This document shows positions 56,983-64,000 of a stretch of 64,000 bases of DNA, piece by piece. The position numbers and the translations under genes were made by a program. Under the pieces are notes generated by a model that saw nothing but the letters and a program-made list of their open reading frames with translations, did not search any database and had not been told where the DNA came from. How positions within the stretch are numbered: the first letter of the stretch is position 1; the number at the start of each line of letters is the position of its first letter. This DNA comes from Candidatus Saccharimonadales bacterium (GTDB taxonomy: Bacteria; Patescibacteriota; Saccharimonadia; Saccharimonadales; OMJO01), in the NCBI GenBank assembly GCA_035480035.1, contig DATIID010000001.1, positions 9,323 through 73,322 on the forward strand, in the 5' to 3' direction.

Positions 56983-58230
56983 GTGAGGCAATCCCAATTA
57001 TTTACTAAGACTCGCCGAGAAATACCAGCTGATGAAGAATCACGTAATGCCCAGCTGTTGATTCGCGCGGGCTTTGTGCACAAGGAAATGGCCGGGGTTT
57101 ATACTTTTTTGCCGTTGGGCCTGAGGGTGCTTGATAACATTGCTCAAGTAGTCAGAGAAGAGATGAATGAGCTTGGTGCTCAGGAGATTCGACTGACTAC
57201 ACTTCAGGATAAGGAATTATGGGATAAGACCGGAAGGTGGAGCGACGTGGTAATAGATGATTGGTTCAAGACTAAGTTGGCGAACCAAACTGAAGTTGGA
57301 CTGGGTCTAACCCACGAAGAACCATTAACTAATTTACTAAGCCAATATGTTAATTCCTACAAAGATTTGCCGCTGCTTATCTATCAAATCCAATCCAAAT
57401 TTCGTAATGAGCTACGAGCCAAGAGCGGTTTGCTGCGCGGCCGTGAATTTTTGATGAAAGATTTATACAGCTTTGCACGTAACCAAAAAGAACATGACCA
57501 GGTTTACAACCAGGTTGCTAAGGCTTACGATAAAATCTTTAAGCGATTAGGTCTGGGCGATCGGACTTATCGAACATTTGCCAGCGGTGGTAGTTTTGCA
57601 AAATTTAGCGATGAATTCCAGACTCTAACCGAGGCCGGGGAAGACACCATTTATCTGGACTATGACAAGAAAGTTGCAGTTAACAAAGAAGTTTATACCG
57701 ATGAGGTTCTAAAGGAATTGGGTCTGAAACGTGACCAACTTAATGAAGTTAAAGCCGCCGAAGTTGGCAATATTTTTAGTCTGGGAACTAAATATTCTAA
57801 GCCATTGGGCCTGAATTTTGTCGATGATAACGGTCACGAACAAAATGTCATTATGGGCTGTTATGGTATCGGTATAAGTCGGTTAATGGGCGTGATTGCT
57901 GAATGTTTTGCGGACGATAAAGGCTTGGTCTGGCCAGCGGTGGTGGCGCCTTTCAACGTCCATTTAGTCAGACTTGGTGACAGCCCGGCAGTTGTTAAGG
58001 CGGCCGAAGAGCTGTATACGATATTGACTAAAAATGGTGGTGGTGTACTATATGATGACCGAGATGAAAGTGCTGGCACAAAGTTTGCCGACGCCGACCT
58101 AATCGGTATACCGTATCGTCTGGTGATTAGCGACAAGACGCTTGAGTCAAAGAAGTACGAACTCAAGTCGCGCACTGGCCGGGACGCAGTCTTATTGAAC
58201 AAAGACGAGTTGTTGAAAAAATTAGCCTAA
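56983..58230 (+). CDS. proS: prolyl-tRNA synthetase, bacterial-type core without INS editing domain
   Basis: GTG start. Class II motif 2 (FRNELRAKSGLLRGREFLMKDLYSF), motif 3 (GCYGIGISRLMG) and an anticodon-binding C-terminus. Only 415 aa. Confidence 0.9.
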   Translation: MRQSQLFTKTRREIPADEESRNAQLLIRAGFVHKEMAGVYTFLPLGLRVLDNIAQVVREEMNELGAQEIRLTTLQDKELWDKTGRWSDVVIDDWFKTKLANQTEVGLGLTHEEPLTNLLSQYVNSYKDLPLLIYQIQSKFRNELRAKSGLLRGREFLMKDLYSFARNQKEHDQVYNQVAKAYDKIFKRLGLGDRTYRTFASGGSFAKFSDEFQTLTEAGEDTIYLDYDKKVAVNKEVYTDEVLKELGLKRDQLNEVKAAEVGNIFSLGTKYSKPLGLNFVDDNGHEQNVIMGCYGIGISRLMGVIAECFADDKGLVWPAVVAPFNVHLVRLGDSPAVVKAAEELYTILTKNGGGVLYDDRDESAGTKFADADLIGIPYRLVISDKTLESKKYELKSRTGRDAVLLNKDELLKKLA

Positions 58231-58312
58231 GTGTCCGAACAGATTGTTCGGGCTCTAGAAAAAACACTCGAAAAGCTTAACATTAGGGCACAGAAAGGGA
58301 TAAACTATAAGT

Positions 58313-58771
58313 ATGAAAAGCCAATTCCACCTAACCAAAGAAGGTATCGCTGAATTGAAAGCTGAAATGACCGAACTGGTCGCCCAGCGTGGCCCAGTTG
58401 CTCAGAGGATTAAAGACGCCCGTGAATTTGGTGACTTGGCCGAAAATGCTGAATATAGCACGGCCCGCCAAGAACAAGAAAAACTAGAGGGCCGCATTGC
58501 CGAAATTGAGCACATCCTGCAAAACGTCACGATTATTATCAAACCCAAAGGCGACAGCAAGGTTCAGCTGGGCTCGACCGTTAAACTGAAGTCTAATGGT
58601 ACTACCAAGGAATTTCAGGTGGTCGGCACTGTTGAAGCTGACCCATTAAACGGTAAAATTTCTGACGTTTCGCCTATTGGTAAAGCCTTGATGGGCAAAA
58701 AGCTTGGCGAAAAAGTCGAAATCAAAACCCCGGTTGAAACCGCTACTTTTAAAATTGCTCAAATTCTCTAA
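58313..58771 (+). CDS. greA: transcription elongation factor GreA
   Basis: LTKEGIAELKAE...AREFGDLAENAEYSTARQEQ is the canonical GreA coiled-coil. Confidence 0.9.
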   Translation: MKSQFHLTKEGIAELKAEMTELVAQRGPVAQRIKDAREFGDLAENAEYSTARQEQEKLEGRIAEIEHILQNVTIIIKPKGDSKVQLGSTVKLKSNGTTKEFQVVGTVEADPLNGKISDVSPIGKALMGKKLGEKVEIKTPVETATFKIAQIL

Positions 58772-58816
58772 AGCCAGTCTGTTAACGCGTCAATGATATC
58801 TGTATACTAGTGGCAT

Positions 58817-60349
58817 ATGCAGTGGTTAAATCGGATTGTCGATGAGGTTATTAAAAGACACCCCAGTGGTGAAATTTTGATTGAATCGGGCGGTTCGCCC
58901 AGCGGCACTTACCATCTTGGGCATTTACGTGAACTGGTGACATCCGATGCTATTTTAGTTGAACTTAAACGGCGCGGCCGTGAAGCGCGCCACATTTATT
59001 TCGTAGATGATTTAGACGGACTCCGAAAAATTCCGGTCAATGTGCCGACCAAATATGAAAAATACCTAGGACAATCCTTGTGTGATGTACCAGCACCGGA
59101 CAAGTCGCGCAGATCCTACGCCGATTATTTTTTACAAGACTTAGTTGATGCCTGCCAGACTCTTGGTATTGAAATTGATTTTATCCACTCGCACGAAAAA
59201 TATCGATCTGGCTTTTTTACTCCGGCGATTGAGCGGTCGTTGGAGCGCATTGATCGGGCAAAAATGGCACTGGAAACTTTGTCTGGTCGCTCGCTGGGCA
59301 AGGAATGGTCGCCGATTCAAATCAATGAAGATGGCTATCTCAAGAAACGCCAATTTGTTAGTCTAGATAAGTTTGAAAAAGAGGTCGTCTACATCGATAA
59401 AAGTGGCAAGACCCAAGCAATTTCTTATGCCAAAGGCGATGTCAAACTAGACTGGCGGCTAGATTGGCCGGGCCGTTGGTGGCTTATGAAAGTTCAAGTC
59501 GAACCATTTGGTCGGGATCATGCTACCAAGGGTGGTTCATATGATACCGGTGTTCAAATTATGAAAGACGTTTATTTTGCCGAGCCGCCACTACCGGTGC
59601 CATATGACTTTATAAATATGGTTGGCGATACTAAAAAAATGAGTGCTAGTAAGGGAACTGGGCTGGATGCCAAAGAAGGTTCAAAAATCTTACCCCCTGA
59701 AGTTATTCGCTATTTTATCTTGCGTTCCGAGCCAAAAAAGCGACTTTATTTTGACCCGATTAACGGCGTCGTGCAATTGATGGACGAATTTGCAGCTCTG
59801 GTGTCAAAACCCGACAAAACACCCGACGAAGAACAGCTGCTAACAATTTGCACCCATGGCCAAAGCCAGCAAACGGTTAGCCAAGTGCCATTCTCGCATT
59901 TAGTCGCCAGTTATCAAGCGTCCCTGCGTGATGTTGATAAAACGCTTGATGTGTTGGTGCGAACCGAGCACGGCGTGATGGCTGGCGTTGAAAATCCGAT
60001 TATTATAAACGAGCTTAAATTTATTGATAACTGGCTCGATAAACAAGCCCCAGACGATGTTAAATTCGAGTTAGCTGGCCAGGTTGATTCAGACAGCTTC
60101 AATGATCAATCTCAAAGATTTTTACTACTTCTAGCTGATAAAATTGAGCAGGCACCAACTGACGTGGACGGGGAATGGTTTCATAAAACTATTTATGGCT
60201 TAAAAGATACGGTTGGTCTGGAACCAAAACAGTTGTTCCAAATTCTGTACCAAGCTCTGATAAATAAAGATTCTGGTCCACGGGCTGGTTGGTTTTTGAG
60301 TATTTTGCCACGCGATTGGCTTGTTAAACGTTTAAGGCTCCAGGCCTAA
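58817..60349 (+). CDS. lysS: lysyl-tRNA synthetase, class I
   Basis: ESGGSPSGTYHLGHLRE (HIGH = HLGH), KMSASKG (KMSKS-type), ~510 aa. This is the class I LysRS architecture rather than the class II OB-fold type. Confidence 0.85.
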   Translation: MQWLNRIVDEVIKRHPSGEILIESGGSPSGTYHLGHLRELVTSDAILVELKRRGREARHIYFVDDLDGLRKIPVNVPTKYEKYLGQSLCDVPAPDKSRRSYADYFLQDLVDACQTLGIEIDFIHSHEKYRSGFFTPAIERSLERIDRAKMALETLSGRSLGKEWSPIQINEDGYLKKRQFVSLDKFEKEVVYIDKSGKTQAISYAKGDVKLDWRLDWPGRWWLMKVQVEPFGRDHATKGGSYDTGVQIMKDVYFAEPPLPVPYDFINMVGDTKKMSASKGTGLDAKEGSKILPPEVIRYFILRSEPKKRLYFDPINGVVQLMDEFAALVSKPDKTPDEEQLLTICTHGQSQQTVSQVPFSHLVASYQASLRDVDKTLDVLVRTEHGVMAGVENPIIINELKFIDNWLDKQAPDDVKFELAGQVDSDSFNDQSQRFLLLLADKIEQAPTDVDGEWFHKTIYGLKDTVGLEPKQLFQILYQALINKDSGPRAGWFLSILPRDWLVKRLRLQA

Positions 60350-60362
60350 CTTTATCTAAACT

Positions 60363-60391
60363 TTGACAAAATCATCATTTTGGTATATTAT
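60363..60391 (+). promoter_or_regulatory. sigma70-type promoter TTGACA-N17-TATTAT, 9 nt upstream of ATG 60401
   Basis: -35 at 60363-60368 and -10 at 60386-60391. No SD. Confidence 0.5.
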
Positions 60392-60400
60392 ATATAGATT

Positions 60401-60937
60401 ATGCCTAATGGCTCTGAACACGAAAATCCACTTGGCGGTAATATACCAGCTACTTTCCGTTTAAATGAAGTTATGAAGCTAAAATTCAGCGCTGGTATAG
60501 CTGAGCTTCAAAAACATCCTAAGCTTAAAGACGCCCAACACATAGCATTTGAACACGAAAGAATTGATTGCTCGATCGCTGGTTCAGATAGTATTTCACC
60601 TGCATCACTTTACAATTTTCCAGATACGCCCGAAGAGTATCATCCGAACTTGATGTACTTTGATGTTTTTTTATTCAAAGACGGCCAGCCGTACAAACCA
60701 TTTGGCCAGGCTAATGAGGACGCCGCCTACGTAATTGTGACGGGTGATGAAATGCCACCTAAAATGTTTCAGCAGGAGGAAGAGATTAAATTGATTGACC
60801 CAGAAATATATCCTGACATCAAACCACACATGCTAAATGAGGTAGAAGCTGAAGCCGTGATAAAAGTGTTAAATCAAGCCAAACCAGAGTCGGTCGAAAG
60901 ACATGTGGATGCTTATGGCTCAAACGATGAAACTTAA
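60401..60937 (+). CDS. hypothetical protein
   Basis: 178-aa acidic ORF; no family recognised. Confidence 0.45.
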   Translation: MPNGSEHENPLGGNIPATFRLNEVMKLKFSAGIAELQKHPKLKDAQHIAFEHERIDCSIAGSDSISPASLYNFPDTPEEYHPNLMYFDVFLFKDGQPYKPFGQANEDAAYVIVTGDEMPPKMFQQEEEIKLIDPEIYPDIKPHMLNEVEAEAVIKVLNQAKPESVERHVDAYGSNDET

Positions 60938-61470
60938 GTCTTTAACAATCCAGCTAATTTTTGGCGTAGTTTAGTTAACTTAGGATTGATAATTATTTGG
61001 CAATAAGCTTGTTCTGGATTTTTATTGAAGAAATCTTGATGGCTTTCATCGGCTGGCCAAAATTTTTCGAACTTTACAATTTCTGTAACGATCGGCTGAT
61101 CCCATAACTTTTGAGCAGCAACACGGGACTGTTCTATAACTTTTTTCTGTTCCTCATTTTGATAAAAAATAATTGAGCGATACTGTGGGCCAACATCATG
61201 GCCTTGGCGATCGCGGGTAGTCGGATCGTGGACTATCCAAAAAACTTCGAGCAAGTCGTTTAAGCTAACTTCATCCGAATGATATTCAATTTGGATAACT
61301 TCGGCATGGCCGGTTAGCTGCATGGCTACTTGAGTGTAGCTGGGATTATCAACATGACCACCGCTAAAACCAGCCGTTACTCTGTTAACCCCCCGTACTA
61401 AACGGAAGGCTGCATCAGTACACCAAAAACAACCACCACCTAAAACCAAAGTCTCAACATCATTAGCCAT
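60934..61470 (-). CDS. msrA: peptide methionine (S)-sulfoxide reductase MsrA
   Basis: LGGGCFWC active-site motif and the typical length. Confidence 0.9.
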   Translation of the reverse strand: MANDVETLVLGGGCFWCTDAAFRLVRGVNRVTAGFSGGHVDNPSYTQVAMQLTGHAEVIQIEYHSDEVSLNDLLEVFWIVHDPTTRDRQGHDVGPQYRSIIFYQNEEQKKVIEQSRVAAQKLWDQPIVTEIVKFEKFWPADESHQDFFNKNPEQAYCQIIINPKLTKLRQKLAGLLKT

Positions 61471-61471
61471 A

Positions 61472-61502
61472 TTGATATTTTAAGAGTATTTCATGGTATA
61501 GT
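61472..61502 (+). promoter_or_regulatory. candidate promoter TTGATA-N19-TATAGT, 7 nt upstream of ATG 61510
   Basis: -35 at 61472-61477 and -10 at 61497-61502. On the opposite strand, TAGACT (61505-61500)-N17-TAAAAT (61482-61477) sits 6 nt upstream of the msrA ATG. The two promoters interdigitate. Confidence 0.4.
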
Positions 61503-61509
61503 CTATGGC

Positions 61510-62289
61510 ATGAGTAAAAAAGTGGACTTTAAGGCGCAAATTAGGCGTCTGCAACAAGTTAGTGTGGTGGCTTATGTCGGACTAGCAGCCCTGGCAGTTT
61601 GGCTGATGAGCGGGGCATCTTATCAACTTAATGTTAACTATTTAGCTAAAGATGACTTAGCTAGCAAAACCAACACTGTTTTTGCGCCAGCTAGTCATCC
61701 GGTTTTTGAGGTTCGCTTAAAATGGCTGGTGGTCATCATCATGCTATTGGCGGCAGTTATTCCGTATTTGCAGTTAATGCGCTATCCCGGCAAATATCAA
61801 AAAAGCCTTAAGAATCGGGTCGAACCAATGCGTTGGATTGGTATGGGTGTAGTCTCGGCCTTGATGGTCGAAACCATCGCCTTGTTATCCGGTATAAACG
61901 ATATTATTACACTGAAAGTAATTGCCGCCTTAATGCTAATCACTTGCTGGCTAGGTTATCTGTCCGAAAAAGAAAATGCTAAAAGCCGTAAGCCAGTTTG
62001 GCCAACTTTTGCCGTTAGCGTTGTCACCGCCACTTTGCCGTGGATTTTGATTGCAGTCGCGGCAGTCATGACACCGTTTTATTCGGCCGTTCGAGCGCCA
62101 TGGTATATTTACGGCTTATACGTCACCACGCTTGCCACTTTTGTTTTCTTTGCTAAAACCCAAATGAAGAGCCATCGAAAAGTCGGACCTTGGAAAGATT
62201 ACTTGTTTGTTGAACGCAACTACCAAGTGGCTAGTATTGTTTCCAAAGTAGCCTTTGCGGCGATTTTGATTGTTGGTCTACATAAGTAG
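61510..62289 (+). CDS. heliorhodopsin-like 7-TM protein
   Basis: 259 aa with 7 predicted TM helices. Collinear by eye with heliorhodopsin 48C12 (sequence recalled from memory): KNRVEPMRWIGMGVVSALMVETIALLSGINDIITL vs KNQNIFRWVEYSLSSSVMIVLIAQICGIADIVAL; LPWILIAV vs VPWIGLLI; WKDYLFVERNYQVASIVSKVAFA vs WSNYLRGERAYIVLSLVAKSALA. The TM7 Lys is conserved (K246). Confidence 0.7.
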   Translation: MSKKVDFKAQIRRLQQVSVVAYVGLAALAVWLMSGASYQLNVNYLAKDDLASKTNTVFAPASHPVFEVRLKWLVVIIMLLAAVIPYLQLMRYPGKYQKSLKNRVEPMRWIGMGVVSALMVETIALLSGINDIITLKVIAALMLITCWLGYLSEKENAKSRKPVWPTFAVSVVTATLPWILIAVAAVMTPFYSAVRAPWYIYGLYVTTLATFVFFAKTQMKSHRKVGPWKDYLFVERNYQVASIVSKVAFAAILIVGLHK

Positions 62290-62295
62290 CAGTTA

Positions 62296-62523
62296 ATGGA
62301 ACTCAAACGTCTTTATGTCGACCCAGCGATTGAGTTGACGCACGATTTTTGGTTGCACGACGAAGCATTATTAAAGAACTTAAATGACCACTTTCAGGCT
62401 GGCCAAAAAGTCGTGCTTTACAACGATGTTCACCACGAACGCCTGTACAACATTGTCGAGCTCAAAATCGACGAGGCACATTTAGTGATGTTGACCGAAT
62501 TCATGCCGAGCGAAAAAAATTAG
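62296..62523 (+). CDS. hypothetical small protein
   Basis: 75-aa ORF starting 6 nt after the heliorhodopsin-like gene. No family recognised. Confidence 0.4.
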   Translation: MELKRLYVDPAIELTHDFWLHDEALLKNLNDHFQAGQKVVLYNDVHHERLYNIVELKIDEAHLVMLTEFMPSEKN

Positions 62524-62552
62524 ATTGGAATCGTTGCTGATACAATAGATGG

Positions 62553-63317
62553 ATGGTTTACGAGAGAAGTCCGGCCTACCAGCCCGGGCAAACAGAAGTT
62601 TATAAACTCAGCCGCAGTCGGATTGAAAATTTTGTCCGCTGTCAGCGATGTTTTTGGCTGGCTCAGCGGCTCAAAATAAACCAACCGAGCTCGCCGCCAT
62701 TTTTGATTAACAGTGCAATTGACGCTTTATTAAAAACCGAGTTTGATACTTATCGCGCTAAAGATGAGCAACACCCACTTCAGGTCGAGTTTAAAATTGA
62801 TGCTAAACCGTTTGCTCATAAAGATTTAGAACGTTGGCGTCACGTTTTCACTGGAGTTCAGAGGTTTCATGAGCCAACCAATTTACTAATATTTGGCGGT
62901 GTTGACGATGTGTGGGTCAATCCCAAGGGTGAATTAGTAGTAGTAGATTACAAAGCCACTGCCAAGGATAAAGAGATTACTGATCTTGAGGATTCCAAAT
63001 GGCACGATAGTTATCGCCGTCAAATGGAAGTTTACCAGTGGCTACTTCGCGGCGAAGGCCACAAAGTTAGTGATACCGGTTATTTTGTTTATGCCAATGG
63101 CATTTCTAAAAATGATGGTTTCTTTAATAAAGTAGAGTTTCGGACCAATGTATTTCCTTACAAGGGTAGTGATAAATGGATAGAGCCAACACTCATAGAC
63201 ATCAAAGAAGTATTGGAAGGTGATATGCCCAGAGAATCTGCCGATTGCGAATATTGTGCGTATGCCCGATCCCGTACTGAGCTGACGTTAAAACATGTCC
63301 AAAACCATAAGAAATAG
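62553..63317 (+). CDS. PD-(D/E)XK nuclease family protein with four Cys (Cas4/RecB-nuclease-like)
   Basis: N-terminal CQRCFW, a core GGVDDV...LVVVDYKAT (D...D/ExK), later QMEVYQWL (QxxxY-like), and a C-terminal CEYCAY. This resembles Fe-S Cas4/AddB-type nuclease domains. Confidence 0.65.
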   Translation: MVYERSPAYQPGQTEVYKLSRSRIENFVRCQRCFWLAQRLKINQPSSPPFLINSAIDALLKTEFDTYRAKDEQHPLQVEFKIDAKPFAHKDLERWRHVFTGVQRFHEPTNLLIFGGVDDVWVNPKGELVVVDYKATAKDKEITDLEDSKWHDSYRRQMEVYQWLLRGEGHKVSDTGYFVYANGISKNDGFFNKVEFRTNVFPYKGSDKWIEPTLIDIKEVLEGDMPRESADCEYCAYARSRTELTLKHVQNHKK

Positions 63318-63332
63318 AAGTATAATAAGCGC

Positions 63333-64000
63333 ATGCTAGATATTCAGTTTATTCGGGACAACGCCGACTTAGTCAAACAAAAGTCCAAGCAAAAACAAGA
63401 AAACGTCGATATCGATCGATTGCTAGAGCTTGATAATCAAAGACGTGGATTGTTATCACAGATCGAGGAATTAAGACAACAACGTAACGAAATTTCAGCA
63501 AGTATTTCAATTTCACCTAGTTATGCTGAAGGTGAAGAAGATCGGCCTATTATTGATGATGAACAGGTTAGAAAAGGAAGGGAAGTAAAAGAAAAACTTT
63601 CTAATCTTGAAGCAGAGTTTGAACCCGTTAGTAAAGAATTTAATCAGTTACTTCGGGCTGTACCAAACGTTGCCCTTGATGATGTGCCAGTTGGCGAAAC
63701 TGAAAACGATAATGTGGTCAGTAAAACAGTTGGCGAACCAACTAAGTTTGATTTTGAACCGCGTAGTGACGCCGAACTTGGCAACATGTTTGAATACATT
63801 GACAAAGATCGGGCGGCCAAAGTTGCCGGTGCACGCTTTGCTTATTTGAAAGGTGATGTTGTCCGCATACAGTTTGCCATTATTCAATATGTTTTAGATG
63901 TTCTGGCTAACGAGAAAATCATTGCTCAGTTAGTTAAAGATAATAATTTAGATATTTCGACTAAACCATTTACACCAGTTTTACCACCAGCCATGGTCAA
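63333..64000 (+). CDS. serS: seryl-tRNA synthetase (3' end beyond window)
   Basis: Open frame from ATG 63333 to the window end. It is absent from the ORF track because no stop codon is reached. Contains MLDIQFIRDNADLVKQK..., a coiled-coil arm, then FEPRSDAELGNMFEYIDKDRAAKVAGARFAYLKG. Confidence 0.9.
   Translation, partial: MLDIQFIRDNADLVKQKSKQKQENVDIDRLLELDNQRRGLLSQIEELRQQRNEISASISISPSYAEGEEDRPIIDDEQVRKGREVKEKLSNLEAEFEPVSKEFNQLLRAVPNVALDDVPVGETENDNVVSKTVGEPTKFDFEPRSDAELGNMFEYIDKDRAAKVAGARFAYLKGDVVRIQFAIIQYVLDVLANEKIIAQLVKDNNLDISTKPFTPVLPPAMV

Noticed and set aside
58233-58253. 9-bp hairpin (GTCCGAACA-GAT-TGTTCGGGC) right after proS, considered as an intrinsic terminator.
   Set aside because: It is followed by GCTCTAGAAAAAAC with no U-tract on either strand. 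It may be a stability element, but I cannot support a terminator call.
63607-63887. Two ORF-track ORFs (63607..63849 plus strand, 63648..63887 minus strand).
   Set aside because: Both lie within the open serS frame starting at 63333. That frame is not listed in the track only because it has no stop before the window end.
1-64000. Whole-window search by eye for rRNA, tRNA, tmRNA, CRISPR repeats, transposases, integrases, prophage blocks or long inverted repeats.
   Set aside because: None found. All intergenic gaps are under 170 bp and are occupied by promoter- or terminator-like sequence. By-eye scanning cannot exclude small structured RNAs, so an Infernal/tRNAscan run is still advisable.

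Overview
This is a gene-dense window (about 68 CDSs, short intergenic gaps, many overlapping stop/start codons) that uses the standard bacterial code, with TGA as a stop codon. No rRNA, tRNA, CRISPR array, transposase or integrase was found. All protein calls rest on motif recognition by eye; nothing was searched against a database.

Gene content points to a reduced Patescibacteria/CPR genome, most likely Saccharibacteria (TM7)-like. This is an inference. The supporting observations are:
- class I LysRS
- B12-type class II RNR with NrdR
- ProRS without the editing insertion
- short IF-2 and short S1
- a monoderm-type envelope set (LCP, signal peptidase I, HtrA)
- an rpsB-tsf-frr-uppS-rseP-proS cluster that lacks pyrH, cdsA and dxr

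Housekeeping blocks:
- rpsA-infB
- priA-def-fmt (minus strand)
- rpsU-yqeY-adk-map-ftsA-ftsZ
- nrdR-nrdJ
- ileS-rplU
- parAB
- lepB, LCP and HtrA
- rpmE-prfA-prmC (minus strand)
- rpsB-tsf-frr-prs-uppS-rseP-CPBP-proS-greA-lysS
- msrA
- serS (3' truncated by the window end)

Accessory content:
1. A 5' island (1-12.5 kb) of small stress, detoxification and unknown genes. It also carries two large surface proteins: a GLUG-repeat protein and a 1102-aa protein with lysozyme-like, Ig, FN3, malectin and PG-binding domains.
2. A 1788-aa membrane-anchored repetitive giant protein. The membrane protein immediately upstream shares one domain with it.
3. A 7-TM heliorhodopsin-like gene at 61.5 kb. It keeps the TM7 lysine but has Gly at the canonical Glu counterion position. 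It is transcribed divergently from msrA across a 39-bp interdigitated promoter region and is followed by a Cys-rich PD-(D/E)XK nuclease.

Regulatory signals readable by eye:
- two NrdR boxes upstream of nrdR-nrdJ
- several near-consensus sigma70-type promoters
- a recurrent pattern of -10 boxes 6-9 nt upstream of ATG with no Shine-Dalgarno sequence (candidate leaderless mRNAs) on lineage-specific genes
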